Shown: in pieces, positions 1 to 14,089 of the stretch
Numbering within the stretch: position 1 is the stretch's first letter
Layout: each line of letters opens with the position of its first letter
DNA from: Octopus sinensis
Taxonomy: Eukaryota
Direction of reading: 5' to 3'
Assembly (NCBI RefSeq): GCF_006345805.1
Contig: NC_043000.1
Coordinates: forward strand, 73,594,001-73,658,000
DNA length: 64,000 bases
The notes under the pieces: model-generated
Told to the model about the DNA's origin: nothing
The model's database searches: none
Seen by the model: the letters and a program-made list of their open reading frames with translations, nothing else
Program-made: the position numbers and the translations under genes

Positions 1-2658
1 GTGTTTTTTACGTGCCACCGACACGTAGGCCAGCTGGTTGCTCTTGCAACGTTCACGCTCGTATGGTACTCTTAGCGTTCCACTAGCACGGATGCCAGTC
101 ATCGAATTTAATTTCGATTTCGATTTCACTTGCTTCAACAGGTCTTCGCAAGCAGAGTTTAGTGTCCAATGAAGGAAAGGTACGCATAAGTGGGCTTGGT
201 GTAAATAAAACTAGAATAAATGGATATAAATATTTATCTTATCTATGAAAATATATTTTAGCTTAATGAAGAAAAAAATAACCGCTAGAGTGTGACACTT
301 TTCACACAGCTGTCCTCATCCATTCTCACCACATGACCATACCAGTGCAGTCGTCTCTCTTGCACACCACATCTGATGCTTCTTAGGCCCAACTTTTCTT
401 TCAAGGCACTTACACTCTGTCGTGTATGCAGGACTGAACCTTGGTGGACCCTACCTCTACCCGGAATTCTTCACTGTACTTGTTGCCAACCCTCACCTTA
501 CTTACAGCGTCCCGTCCCTGTACATGGCTTGCACACCTCTCACTAACCATTCATCTATCCTTAGTTTCCTCATTGACCACCAGATAAGGGATCGGAAGAC
601 CCTGTCAAAGGCTTTCTCCATGTCAACGAAAGCCAGGTACAGAGATTTATCTTTGATGAGGTATTTCTCCTGCAGCTGTCTAACCAGAAATACAATATCA
701 GTGGTGGTTTTCCCTGGCACGAACCCAAACTGCATCTCATCTAAACTGACTCTCTACCTAATTAGTTGGGCTATGACCCTCTCCGTGACCTTCATTACCT
801 GATCCATGAGATTGATACCTCTGTAATTATTTGTATTTAAAGCGTCACCTTTACCTTTGTAGCAGTTGACTATTGTGCTGCTACCCCAGTCATTATGTAT
901 GACTCTTTCATGTATCACCTGGTTAACTATACGGGTGACTAGGCTTTATCCGACACTGCCAGATATTTTGAGCATCTCTGCAGTAATTTCTGATGGGCCA
1001 GGGGCTTTCCCTGTCTTCATACACTTAATTGCTTTACCTACCAAGGTGCTCTCAACTCGGATAGCTGGTCCCTCTGTTGAGTCGACATTCTGCAAACTCT
1101 CTTTCTCCCATTCATTTTCTTTATCAAGCAACCTTTCATAGTGGCGTCTCCAAACCTCTCTCTTTGCATCCTCGTTTAGTGCAAGTGACCCATCATCCAT
1201 GCAGACACATTTCTCTCCTACGACATCACGATTCTCTCTCACACACTGTCTTACAACACGAAATACCTCAAGTCTTTGGTCCTCACGGCGCAGAACATTG
1301 GCAAATTTTTTCTTATCTGCTTCCCCTCTGGCCAAATAAACGTGTCTCCTAGCTTCATTTCTGGCAGTCTGATACAATTCCCTGCTACCACCGTTCTTCC
1401 AGTCCTTCCTAGCCTATTTCTTTTCTCAAATAGCCCTGTCAACAATATTGTTCCACCACCACGTTATTTTGGGTCGAGAAGGGACTTTGCACCATCCACA
1501 GATCTAGTCAGTGGCTCTCAGCAGGTTGTCCCGTAGACACCTCCAGTTGTCTTCCACATCATGAGATGCTATATCCCCCTTTAATTTGTCAAAAGCTTTG
1601 AGTAATACATCTCTAAATCTTGTCCATTTGCAGAATCTTTAAGCTTCCAGACCCTTCTCCATGCTGGTCGTCTTCTGGGCATCCATTTAGCCCTGATCCT
1701 GAAGTCACTAATTACTAGTCTATGTTGTGGGGTACATTCTTTGCCTGGGAAGGTTTTGGCATTTATAAGCAGCCATATTTCCCTTTTCCTGGCAAGGATG
1801 TAGTCAATTTGGCTAGTGTGTCTACGAGATTGGTAGGTGACTAGGTGACTGGCAGGTTTCCTGAAGTTAGTATTGCAAACCATAAGATCATTTGCATCAC
1901 AGAACTCCAGCAGCCTGGTTCTATCCTCGTTGTGGGAACCATAACCGTAGCCTCCATGTATGTCATGGAAGACCCCTGTATGTTGTCCATTGAAGTCACC
2001 AGCCACAAAGGTAGTCTGCAAGAGGGTGTCATAGAATCGGTCTTTCTGTTTATCGGGTAGCCCCGGTTGGGGGGCATAGGCCAATATAATGGTTGCTAGC
2101 CTATGATGAAGCACTAATCTAATCTTAAGTATTCTGTCACATACTCTGACTACCTCGATTACCTTATCCACCCATTTCTCTGCAAGAAGTATACCCACGC
2201 CTCCGACCCCGTTAGTGTTCCCCGCCCAGAAAATTTTGTACCTGTGTTCTTTGCCTGTGGGGAACCTAGCAGAACCTCCTCTCCACCTTACTTCTTGGAT
2301 GCAGCACGTATCTCCGTTCAAGCATCTCAGCAATCTCACTAGACCTACCTTTCAGTGTGCCAACGTTGAGAGTGCCAACCCTGAGGGTGTGGGAGGTATG
2401 GGCCCGTGAGACCCTAGGACGGGGGACAGTAGCTTCATGTACCCGAAAAGAAAGCTCGCATTTGGCAGAATTCATAAACATACAATAGCCTTCAGTTCAA
2501 CCTGCTTACACTACACAATCATATTTTTGCACTATATGATCACTACCTTTCTTAGGTGATAGCTCTGAGTAGGGGTGGGGATGGCGTAAAGCCTTTAGAA
2601 GTGTTCATGGGAGACAACTATGAGAGAAAATAAAGAATGTGTAGTGGCTAGCGATCTA
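1..2658 (-). mobile_element. RTE-clade LINE, decayed, with internal deletions (APE endonuclease 1581-2339, RT fragment ~431-850, 3' UTR at 1-200)
   Basis: Minus-strand ORFs: CIQEVRWRGG...GVGILLAEKWVDKVIEV...AYAPQ...GDFNG...SQIDYIL (APE) and QFGFVPGKTTTDIVFLVRQLQEKY...AFVDMEKAFDRV (RT). Colinear with the copy at 15671-18928. Confidence 0.9.
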
Positions 2659-2773
2659 TCATTTATATATACACACATATTTATATATATAGTTATACAC
2701 ACACACACACACCAACACACACATATATATATACATACATACATACATACATATACATATATATAAATAAATA

Positions 2774-2821
<48 letters not shown>

Positions 2822-2989
2822 ACTTTCAGAGTTAGCAAGATATATTTATATATACATATATATATTAGTATATATTTTTTATATCAGTTTCAGCTCAAAG
2901 CCATGGCCATGCTACGGTACTGCTGTTTTGCTACACTGTTATTATTGAGAGCCTCCACTGACATATGGAATTTGAAGAAGAAGGAAGTT

Positions 2990-4090
2990 TGATGTCACTG
3001 CCCTCATTTGCACTTCCTATCATGAGAAGGGTTCAGCTAGGACTCTTGGCAGGAAGAGACCAGTTTTGTATCCACTTTGTATAGGTCCCTCAGGCTGTTT
3101 GGGATAATATTAAAAAGTTGCAGGACCTTGAAACTCAGGCTGTTACAGTAACTTGTCCTTAAGCATGACGGCGTTGTTGGGATATTTGAAACTGTACTGT
3201 GGTGACCCGTTCTGGCATTTGTGTAGCTTTCTATGCCAAAATTTGGCACAGTCCTTTCTAGAATCTTCCAGATAATATTATTGCTCCTGTGAGTAGAGTC
3301 TTAGCTGTTTCAGCCTTTCCCAGTAGCTGAGCTGTTGAAATGAGACGATCTTCTTTGTGAAGCTTTGCTGGATTGCTTCGAGGCCCGCTGTTAATCTTAC
3401 AGTGTGGTGACCATTGTTGGGAGCAATATTCAAGATGGCTAAGGGCAAATGTCCTCCAGAGGACCATCATGGTTTCCTTCTCTGTGGTTCTGAAGCTTCT
3501 CAGGATCCATCCAGCCAGCTGTCTGCACTTTGTCATCATCTTGGTAATGTGCACTTGGAAAGAGGCATTTATCAGTCATGTCGATATCCAGATTCAGCAC
3601 TGATTTTGGTTCTGGGATTGTAATCCCCACTGGGACAGTATACCCAGTAAGTTTTTTGTTCAGGGCTACGAATTTTCCAGCATTAGACTGCATATTATTG
3701 TCCTCAGCCCATCTGTAAATTGAATCCAACTCCTGCTGCAAGTATGCAGCAGCGCTAGGGTTTTGTATTTCTGCGAGACTTTTGCATCGTATCTGTAGTT
3801 AGTTAGTTAGTTAGTTAGTTTTTTGGCTCAAAAAGCAAAAAGCAAGGCCATGTAAGGGGACATGGAGTTATGTACAGGGTGGTGTTCATGTAAAGAGTTC
3901 AGGCCACTTGTGGTCAAGAGAGACTTTGAACCGAGCGGTCGAAGGATGGCTATCCAGGCAGCTGAGGGCATATCTGAGAGGGCCGCTATGATAAGCAGAG
4001 GTTCCAAGACAGTGCTCCGTGGAACACCACTCACGATTTGTGTTTTCTTTGATACATATGCTACTGAAATAGTAGTAGAATCACTGTGAA
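2990..4090 (-). mobile_element. CR1/L2-group LINE 3' fragment (RT C-terminus), interrupted at ~3797-3945
   Basis: GVPRSTVLEPLLIIAALSDMP (GVPQG motif), QQELDSIYRWAEDNNMQSNAGKF, WILRSFRT...HLEYCSQQWSPH, NSLSFKVLQLFNIIP. Confidence 0.8.
3797..3945 (-). mobile_element. Short 5'-truncated retroposon insertion with (TAAC)n tail
   Basis: About 150 bp splits the CR1 RT just before the YADD region and ends in (AGTT)n on the plus strand. Confidence 0.55.
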
Positions 4091-4264
4091 TGTTTTTGCT
4101 TCATGGATTTTAAACTATGTTAAATCATTCTGAATGACTTGTATTTTGAAGTTCATGAATTCATGTGATGACGACAGTTTCTTTACAGTGATGTGTTTTC
4201 GTTAATCTATTAAAGGAGTCATTAGAAACGACCGTAATAGATTGACACCTGTACCTCTACTGTT

Positions 4265-4288
4265 ATACACACATACATACATACATAC

Positions 4289-4319
<31 letters not shown>

Positions 4320-4334
4320 CATACATACATACAT

Positions 4335-4409
<75 letters not shown>

Positions 4410-4437
4410 ATATATTATATATATATATATTTATATA
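4265..4437. repeat. Compound microsatellite (CATA)n(CA)n(TA)n
   Basis: Direct reading of the sequence. Confidence 0.95.
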
Positions 4438-4439
4438 TG

Positions 4440-5890
4440 AATGGTTAATAAGGACTGTACAGGCCCTATACAGAGAGGCCGTTAGCAAGGTTAGGATTGG
4501 CAATGAGTATAGTGAAGAATTCCGGGTAGGAGTAGGGGTCCACCAAGGTTCAGCCCTCAGTCCCCTTTTATTCATCATAGTCCTCCAGGCAATAACAGAA
4601 GAATTCAAGATGGGTTGACCCTGGGAGCTCTTCTATGCTGATGACCTGGCCCTCAGCAGAATCACTACCAGAACTAGAAAAGAAACTTCGGGTGTGGAAG
4701 CAAGGTTTAGAACCACACACACCCTCAAGTAGGTGACCCTGCTCTATCTGTAGAAAAGGTGTAGGTTGAAACTCCATAACATGTACCCAGTGTAAGCTAT
4801 GGACGCATAAGAAGTGCAGCAACATAAAAGGAAAATTAACCGAGAAGATAGCTTTCGTGTGCGGCAGGTGCACAGGGGCAATAGACACCACAGATACTCA
4901 GAAAACAGATCCCATTACACTCCAAGGGGAGAAACTAGAAGTAGTTGATAGTTTCCACTACCTGGGTAACCAAGTTAGTAGTGGAGGTGGATGCTCAGAG
5001 AGTGTCACCACGAGAAAACGAATAGCCTGGGCAAAGTTTAGAAAGCTATTTCTACTGGTGACAAAGGGTCTCTCGCTCAGAGTGAAAGGTAGATTGTACG
5101 ATGCCTGTGTGCGAACTGCCATGCTTCACGGTAGTGAAATATGGGCTGTGACTGCAGAGGACATGCGTAGGCTTGAAAGAAATGAAGCTAGCATGATCCA
5201 CTGGACGTGTAATGTCAGTGTGCACACACGACAGAATGTAAGTGCCCTGAAAGGAATGCTAGATATAAGAAGCATTAGATGTGGCGTAGACGTCTGCGCT
5301 GGTATGGTCATGTACTACGGATGGATCTGGAGAGATGTGTGAAGAAGTGCCACCCCCAAACAGTTGAAGGAATCCGGGGTAGGAGTAGACCCAGGAAGAC
5401 ATGGGATGAGGTGGTCAAGCATGACCTTCGAACGTTGGACCTCACAGAGGCAAAGATGAAAGACCAAGACCTCTGGAGATATGCTGTGACTGCGAAGACA
5501 CGACAAATAACGTGAGTTCATGGCTGTTTCCTGCACCAGCTTCACATAGAAGTCTCAGCCCATCCAAAGTACCTTGGATCGCAGGATGGCCTGCTGTGCT
5601 TACCTTGGATCGTAGGGCGACCTGCTGTGCTTGAGGAGACCTGTTGAGTCAAGTACATCAACATCAAAAAATCAAATGGAAATTATAGTTGTGATACCTG
5701 TGCCGGTGGTACGTAAAAAGCACCATCTGAACGTGGCCGATGTCAGCGCCGCTTTGGCTGGCTTCCGGGCCGGTGGCACGTAAAAAGCACCAACCAATCA
5801 TGGCCATTGCCAGCCTCCCCTGGCACCTGTGCTGGTGGCACGTAAAAAGTATCCACTACACTCACGGAGTGGTTGGCGTTAGAATTGCCC
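4440..5890 (+). mobile_element. RTE-clade LINE, 5'-truncated (RT C-terminal half and 3' UTR)
   Basis: GVHQGSALSPLLFIIVLQAI...YADDL, LEVVDSFHYLG...VKGRLYDACVRTAMLHGSE, RRLRWYGHVLRM...RPRKTWDEVV; 3' UTR carries the GCACGTAAAAAGCAC repeats. Confidence 0.9.
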
Positions 5891-5952
5891 CAAAACCATT
5901 AAATACTTACTGCGGAGAGACTTTTTGAATACACACTGTATATATATTAAGA

Positions 5953-6757
5953 CTAGCAGAATTGCCCGGCGATGCTCGGGGCTGAATTGCTTGAAAGTAC
6001 TGTTAATGATTGCACTGAATTATGATGATTATTCAGGCAAATATTGATATAAGTTTACGGTGGGAGATAAGGACTTAACGATCAAACGTGTGCCATTGCA
6101 TTGTTTTGGGGGAACCAAATTTCTAATGAGCATTATAGGGGCACCAACTTTAAGTTTGAGAATGTGTGGTGGTAGTCCGGGGGGCTCAAAGGAATTGAGT
6201 ACCTCTATTGGATAGTTGATGACGTCCTCTGTGTCAGGAGTTGTATCGATAGACTTATATACATAGACATCCCCAGGAATGATTTTTAGCATTTCATCAT
6301 TAATATGGTGAACAGTTTTATTCTCCGGGGCCAGAATAGCCCTTTGGCCAATCCAATCCATATTCTGATAATTAGCTTGTAGATCTGGGAACACTGCATC
6401 TCTGAGATCAGAAGGCGTTTTAACAATGGTACAAATGGAATCGATGGCAATATTACCATTTTCATCCCCTGGTATTTTGCGTTCGCCAAGTTGAGAGTTA
6501 AAAAGGTCGAGTTGCGCCCCCTAGACAGTCTGTGGTTTGTGTTTCTGATTCTCGACCTCATGTCAAATTTATCGATTTTTTTCAGAACTGGGGGAACTTT
6601 TCAAAATTTTCGCTGCGTTAGTTTCGAATTATGACATTGGGCTATGTGTGTGTCAAGTTTCATCAGAATCGGTTGAAAGCCGTGGTCAGGGTGAGGGTAC
6701 AACCTAACAGACACACAGACATGCAGACAGACAAACTGCCGTTTATATAGAGAGAGA
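5953..6757 (-). mobile_element. Non-autonomous Helitron carrying a PIF1-type helicase fragment (~6050-6480)
   Basis: On the minus strand it starts A|TC at 6757 and ends with hairpin CCCG-agcatcgc-CGGG then CTAG|T at 5953. It encodes RAILAPENKTVHHIN...YPIEVLNSFEPPGLPPHILKLKVGAPIMLIRNL...CNGTRL, typical of Helitron RepHel helicases. Confidence 0.9.
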
Positions 6758-6849
6758 TATGCATATACAAGCATGCACACACAAACACACACACAACATA
6801 CACATGTGTATGTGTGTTTATGTATTTGTATGTGCAAGTATGTTTGCAC

Positions 6850-6890
<41 letters not shown>

Positions 6891-6934
6891 CACATTTGTG
6901 TTTGTGTGTTTATGTGAATATATACATGTATATA

Positions 6935-6974
<40 letters not shown>

Positions 6975-6995
6975 CATACATTCAATCTTATATAT

Positions 6996-7752
6996 GGCAT
7001 GGCTATGTGGTAAGAAGCTTGCTTCCCAACCACATGGTTCTGGATTCAGTCCCACTGTGTGGCACCTTGGCCAAGTGTCTTCTACTATAGCCATGGGCTG
7101 ACCAAAGCCTTGTGAGTGGATTTGGTAGACGGAAACTTAAAGAAGCCCATTGTGTGTGTATATATGTGTGTGTGTGTGTGAAGGTGCATGGCTCAATGGT
7201 TAGAGCGTCGAGCTTACGATCGTGAGGTTGTGAGTTTGAATCCCGGACCGATCTGCACGTTGTGTTCTTGAGCAAGACACTTTATTTCACGTTGCTCCAG
7301 TTCACTCAGCTGTAGAAATGAGCTGCGACGTCGCAGGTACCAAACTGTATTGGTCCTTGCCTTTCCCTTGGATAACACTGATGGCATGGAGAGGGGAGGC
7401 CGGTATGTATGGGCGACTGCTGGTCTTCCATAAACAACCTTGCCCGGACTTGTGCCTGGGAGGGTAACTTTCTAGGTGCAATCCTACGGTCAGTCATGAC
7501 CAAAGGGGCTCTCAATATATATATATATATATATATATATGTTTGTTGTGTCTGTGTTTATCCCCTCCCACCATCGCTTGACAACTGATGTTGGTGTGTT
7601 TCCATCTCCCTCAACTTAGTGGTTTGGCAGAAGAGACCAATAGAATAAGTACCAGGCTTACAAAGAATAAGTCCTGGGATCAGTTTGTTCAACTAAAGGT
7701 GGTGCTCCAGCATGGCCTCCGTAAAATGACTGAAAAAGGTAAAAGAATAAGA
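6996..7752 (+). mobile_element. tRNA-derived SINE (abundant family) split by a nested second SINE
   Basis: Head GGCTATGTGGTAAG...GGATTCAGTCCCA (A/B-box-like) at 6996-7170 and tail ...GGTGCTCCAGCATGGCC...TAAAAGAATAAG at 7541-7752. Same family as copies at 21.2, 28.3 and 51.8 kb. Confidence 0.85.
7183..7513 (+). mobile_element. tRNA-derived SINE with CORE-like central domain
   Basis: GGCTCAATGGTTAGAGCG...GTTTGAATCCCG tRNA-like head followed by TTCTTGAGCAAGACACTT...CAGCTGTAGAAATGAG, resembling the CORE domain. Confidence 0.75.
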
Positions 7753-7959
7753 AAAAATATATATGTATCTATATTATATACACACACATTTGTATTTGTG
7801 TGTGTGTGAATATACACACATGTGTATACACATACACACACATATATATGCACATACACACACATTTGTGTGTGTGTGCATGTGAATATATACACGAGTG
7901 TGTGTGGATACATACAAACTCTACACAGTTTTTTGTCTCCAGTTTCTTCCTTTTATTCC

Positions 7960-7995
7960 TTTTTCTCGAAGAGTGTAGGCTTGAAACATAAAAGA
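7960..7995 (+). ncRNA. Decayed minimal hammerhead-like motif
   Basis: cttttCTCGAAGAgtgtaggcttGAAAcatAaaaga approximates CUGANGA...GAAAC-GU-H with several core lesions. Confidence 0.3.
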
Positions 7996-8594
7996 CTTTT
8001 CCATTTTTCCTGAGTGTTAAACTAATACACCTGCTTGTTCTTCCTACACCTACACCTGTTTTCGTCGTTTGATATAGTGCTGTCCTTCATAAAGGTTTCT
8101 CCTGGTTATCCATATGGTTACATATTCATATACACATGTATACTTTGTTCACATTTCCTAATATTATTACCAGCCAAATACAAAATTACATTATTATTAG
8201 ACACACATGTAGAATTACATTACTACCAGTCACACACACACACACAAACTAATATACAGATATATGCCTGTGTTTATATTAACCAATGACACAATAAGAC
8301 AGGTATGGTTGAATAGTTAAGAAGTCCATTCTGGAGCTATGAGATTTTGGTCTCATTCCTGTTTCTCAGTACTGTGACCAAGTGCTTTTTGCTAGGGCCA
8401 CTGATCAAACTAATTTTTGTGAGTGAAATTAGTTAGACATTAACTGTGTAGAATCAAGTTGGATGATTTGTAATTGAAAGGGGCTGCTGAAACTGATGCA
8501 AGGTCCATCATATAATGTCATAATGAAGTCTAGTATATACTGTCACTTCGTAACACTCACATAGAAATATACATACATACCTTTATATACACAT

Positions 8595-9935
<1,341 letters not shown>

Positions 9936-10105
9936 ACATGAATACACATAAAGAATCTTGCAAACCAAATACAAAACCAAAGTACAAATATATTACTAAC
10001 ATATTTATATTTGTATATGATGATGACGATGACGATGATGATGACATAATTGCACTCAAATGTTGCATTACACATTCCAATCAATTACTAACATTTTCTG
10101 TCTCA

Positions 10106-10142
<37 letters not shown>

Positions 10143-11339
10143 CTGTATTTATTTTTGTTCTCTTCTCATATATACACATTCATATTTTAAAGCATACTGA
10201 AGAAAGTATCATCCACCTGAGTCAAATTTTTTACCAATCTTTTCAGTGGCTCAATGTTGCACTATGTTGCACAATGGCTCAATGTTGCACTATGACTCAA
10301 TGTTGCACTATGCTTCTTGCTGCGTTTACAGCAACAACCTTTGATTCTCTCAATTTGTCAATTTTAAAATACATAGCCACCTAAAATTAATTGATGCTAT
10401 CATCTCTCTTCTTCATATTACTTTCGTGTTTTACTTTTACAATCGCATAGTAATCTTTCTATACAATCATACTTTCCTCAGAAGCCCAAAGCCTGATTTT
10501 GTTTTTCCCAATATCTTGTCAAAATAAGATATTAATTACCCATGCTACACTTAGATATTGCTTATTACCCAGTCAAAGATGGTTTGAAAAACTATCACTG
10601 CTGACCTTCCTCTGCTTATATAGAATTTTAAAAAACGTCAGTTCCCTTCCAGTTTTAAATGCGTGTGTGTGTGTGTGTGTGTATGTGCACATGCGTGTGT
10701 CTGTGTGTTTAGATATTCTGTTCTTTATGTTTTTATGCAAGTATAGTTAAGGTAATGCAATAATATCCCAAATTGTTCACTGATTTTCAAGGTTTTGTTT
10801 AAAATGCTTCGTATTACATATAAATGTAAGAATTAGTACAATAATTATCTTTGGTGAATGTTTGGTTAAATGATGTTATAGTTTCCAGTCTTATGATTAG
10901 CCATGTAAGTAGTGTTCACTTTCACTTGCTTGTTTGTTGAAGGCAGGGTGTTTGAAATTTATGAGTTTTGCTTCCCCTATTTTTCTTCAGATTTGGTCTT
11001 TGGTCTTAAGCAAGGGAATATTGTTATCAGTAAGTAATCATATCATTTTACTCATAACTGTGAACAAAACATTGGAAGCATGTATGATATTAAGATATTT
11101 ACTGGAGACATTTTAATTTTTAAATTTTTTACTTACTTAGAGGATTAAGGCCCATGACTGATTTTCTGGACCTCCCAGATTGGTGGGTGAAATTTATTCT
11201 CAAACTAGAGATCTGGCTTGAATATTTGCAACAGAGGGGATTCTGCTGAAGGCAAAGGTCAGATGATGGTGTTAACCTAAGATACCATTATCCTGTTAAA
11301 TATTAATTAGAAAAGAAAACACGAATGAAAGTAATCAGT

Positions 11340-12070
11340 TGTGGATAGTTCTAACCCTTGTCTTGAGATATGGTTGTGAGTTCACTTATATTCTTTTGAA
11401 GCTGATATTTTCAGGTCCACTACATTATGCTCAATATTTTCCACTTATTATATAGCAACTGTTTGTTGGAGTAGTGGAATAAGCACCTTTTCTCACTGAA
11501 CCAGTGTTTAGAGCTTGATCTTGAGCAACCAACAATAAATTCTTAGTTTTTCTCTTTAAATCTCCACTCCAGAGACACCTGCATGATGAGTCATGATTTT
11601 GATGTCTCTTAGGTATTCCATTTAACTGCATTTTTAACACTTCATTTCTTTCACAAATTATTTTGCTTTGGTATGTGTTCTTCACTCCAAGTTCTACACA
11701 AATAACTCCTGGTCCTACTGAAACATCATTTAAGTCATTCTTGTTTATTCTTTGCTAGGTTTACTGATCTTTGTTCTTCATTTACACAATCAGAAATGCT
11801 TTTCATTTCTTAAATCTTCAAATTTTTTAGTATGGCTATATCATTTGTATGTTTCCATCAAATTCTTTGGGTTGTCAATCCCATTACATTACTTATAATG
11901 TTTGTATTTTCCACTTCCATATCAACTTCATTTCTTTCCCTATATTTCATACTGTTTTCATTTAATTCTTCAACCTGTATGATGTCTTTATTAACTCTTT
12001 CCTTAACACCTGTCATTTCCTCATTGGTTCTTCTCCATAGTGCCTCTGTTACCATGTCATCTTTGGTATA
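11340..12070 (-). mobile_element. R4/Dong-like non-LTR retrotransposon remnant
   Basis: WSGDLKRKTKNLLLVAQDQALNT resembles the W...GDLKxETExLxxAAQxQAL segment downstream of RT in R4/Dong elements. Confidence 0.6.
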
Positions 12071-13454
12071 GCTGGGGCCTTACTCCAGCTACACATCTGA
12101 TCTGTAGTTGTGAGCAGGTTATCCCATAGGAACACCCAGTTGTCATCTATGCAATGGATATCTAATTCCTCCTTCCTAGTTGTACACATCAAGCAGAATT
12201 TTCTTAAACCTATGGCTGACCCAACATCTTCCCTCTCTATATTGTCTTCTGTTTCTGAGTATTCATAGCTCTGACTCTGAAGTCACTAGCCACTAATCTA
12301 AATTGGGTCATGCATTCTTCACCAGGAAAAGCTATGGTTTTTACAATAGTCTGCTTGTCACATTTTCTTGTGAGAATGAAATCTCTCTGTTTAAAGGATG
12401 TTTAAAGGATGAGATAACTGGTTAGTTACTTTAAGCATTCTGCTTCACAGAACTTCTCATTCTTTAACCCATATACTCTATGGACATCATGAATGAAAGC
12501 CATCGTGGTTTTGAGCAACATGTCTCCAGCCATGATGATAAAGTTACTATTAGTCATCATTGAGGTATTCTGAAGAAAGTCTCTTGTCCTTTGTCAATCC
12601 TTACTGCGTGGCATATGTAGAGATAACTATTGCTGTCTCAGTTTAATTATCCTATTTCACACCTTGACTATTTCGACTACATTAACAATCTCTCAGCTAA
12701 CAATATGCCTAACCCATCCCATCTTTGTTACTTATAATCATTCAGGAGAATTTCTTGACCGTAAAGTGTTTGATTGAGAATCTTTTCTATCTCACCTCCT
12801 GTCCACAGCACACATCCATTCACCACCGTCCAGCATCTCCTCAGTCTTACCAGACCTATTTATCATTATGCCAACATTGATGGTGTTTGCCTTAAAGTTT
12901 TGGAACTTGTAGGAAAAGGTTTTTTTTGGCAGTACTATTATGGGTTGCTTTTGCTGTTTTGTGTCTGTACTTGTTACGAATTAGAAGGTTCATGCTTGTA
13001 TTATGGTGTGCCAAGAACAGGAAGATTCATGTCCATTCATTTGATTTGCTGTTAATCACCCAATCCTCAATGGTTTGTCACACAGGCTATTGTATATTCT
13101 GTGTATTATAGTTATCAGTTATTGTTATTTATTATTATTATAAGTGAGAAAATGGAGTAGATGAGAAAAGAACAGAGAAACCCCCAAAATATAAAATGGA
13201 GAATGTCAGTATATTTTGCTTGTGATCTTTGCAGACAATACAAAGTGATGTAAAAAGAAAGAAAATGTTCACAACTTTTATGAAATTAGTCTATGGATGA
13301 TTGGATTTGAATCTGATGTATATATCCCAGTGGCAGCAGTTGTGAGAGAAAACTAGGCCAAGAGAAGTAAGCATTCTTGAGAATTAGGTTATGGCAGCAT
13401 GTGTTCTTAATTTCATTCTTTTGTGTTTTTTAGCTACATATATTTTTAATTTTT

Positions 13455-13720
13455 TCTGTTCAGTTATTAGACTATGACCATGCTGGAGCACTGTTCTCAA
13501 GAGGTTTTTAAATATTGATCCAGTACTTAGTATGGGAGTAATTTTAACGATCTATATTTATCAAATGGCTTAGGTTCACTGCATTTCTGTGACTCACACC
13601 TATACACATATACAATTGGCTTCCATGTAGTTTCTGTCAACCAAATTTCACTCACAAGATATTGTTCAATTTAAGGCCATAGAAGAAACATTTGTCCTAA
13701 GTGCTATGCTGTAGGTCTGA
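13455..13720 (-). mobile_element. Highly decayed copy of the abundant tRNA-SINE
   Basis: gaccatgctggagcactg...ttggcttccatgtagtttctgtcaaccaaatttcactcacaag matches the reverse complement of the family. Confidence 0.55.
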
Positions 13721-13740
13721 ACTTGTTACTGAATGGCACT

Positions 13741-14052
13741 AAAAACATTCTAGTGAAGTTGAACATCTTATCTGGCCACCACAGTCCCCAGATTTCAATA
13801 TTATTGAACGTTTATGGTGCATTTTAGAAAAACAAGTAAAAAGTCGATATCCTCCATCACCATCACTACAGGAACTGGAGACTGTTTTAGCTGAAGAATG
13901 GACAAAAATTCTTTTGGAAGCAGTTCAAACTTTGTACGAGTCCATACCTCGTAGAATTCAAGCTGTAATTACTGTTAAAGGCGGTCCTACACCATATAAA
14001 ATAAATTTGTTTGAAATTTTAAGGTGTTTCTATTATTTTATCCAACACCTGT
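13741..14052 (+). mobile_element. Tc1-family transposon 3' fragment (transposase C-terminus and right TIR)
   Basis: LIWPPQSPDFNIIERLWCILEKQVKSR...EEWTKI...LYESIPRRIQAVITVKGGPTPY*; ends ...CACCTG|TA. Confidence 0.9.
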
Positions 14053-14089
14053 ATATTTGGATTCAGCATTAGCCTGGACAAGACTGTTG

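Noticed and set aside
10248-10315. Three copies of CTCAATGTTGCACTATG
   Set aside because: Ordinary short minisatellite with no further structure.
10197-13900. Isolated CTGAAGA matches at ~10197, ~12570 and ~13890
   Set aside because: No downstream GAAA or helices; the last lies in Tc1 coding sequence.
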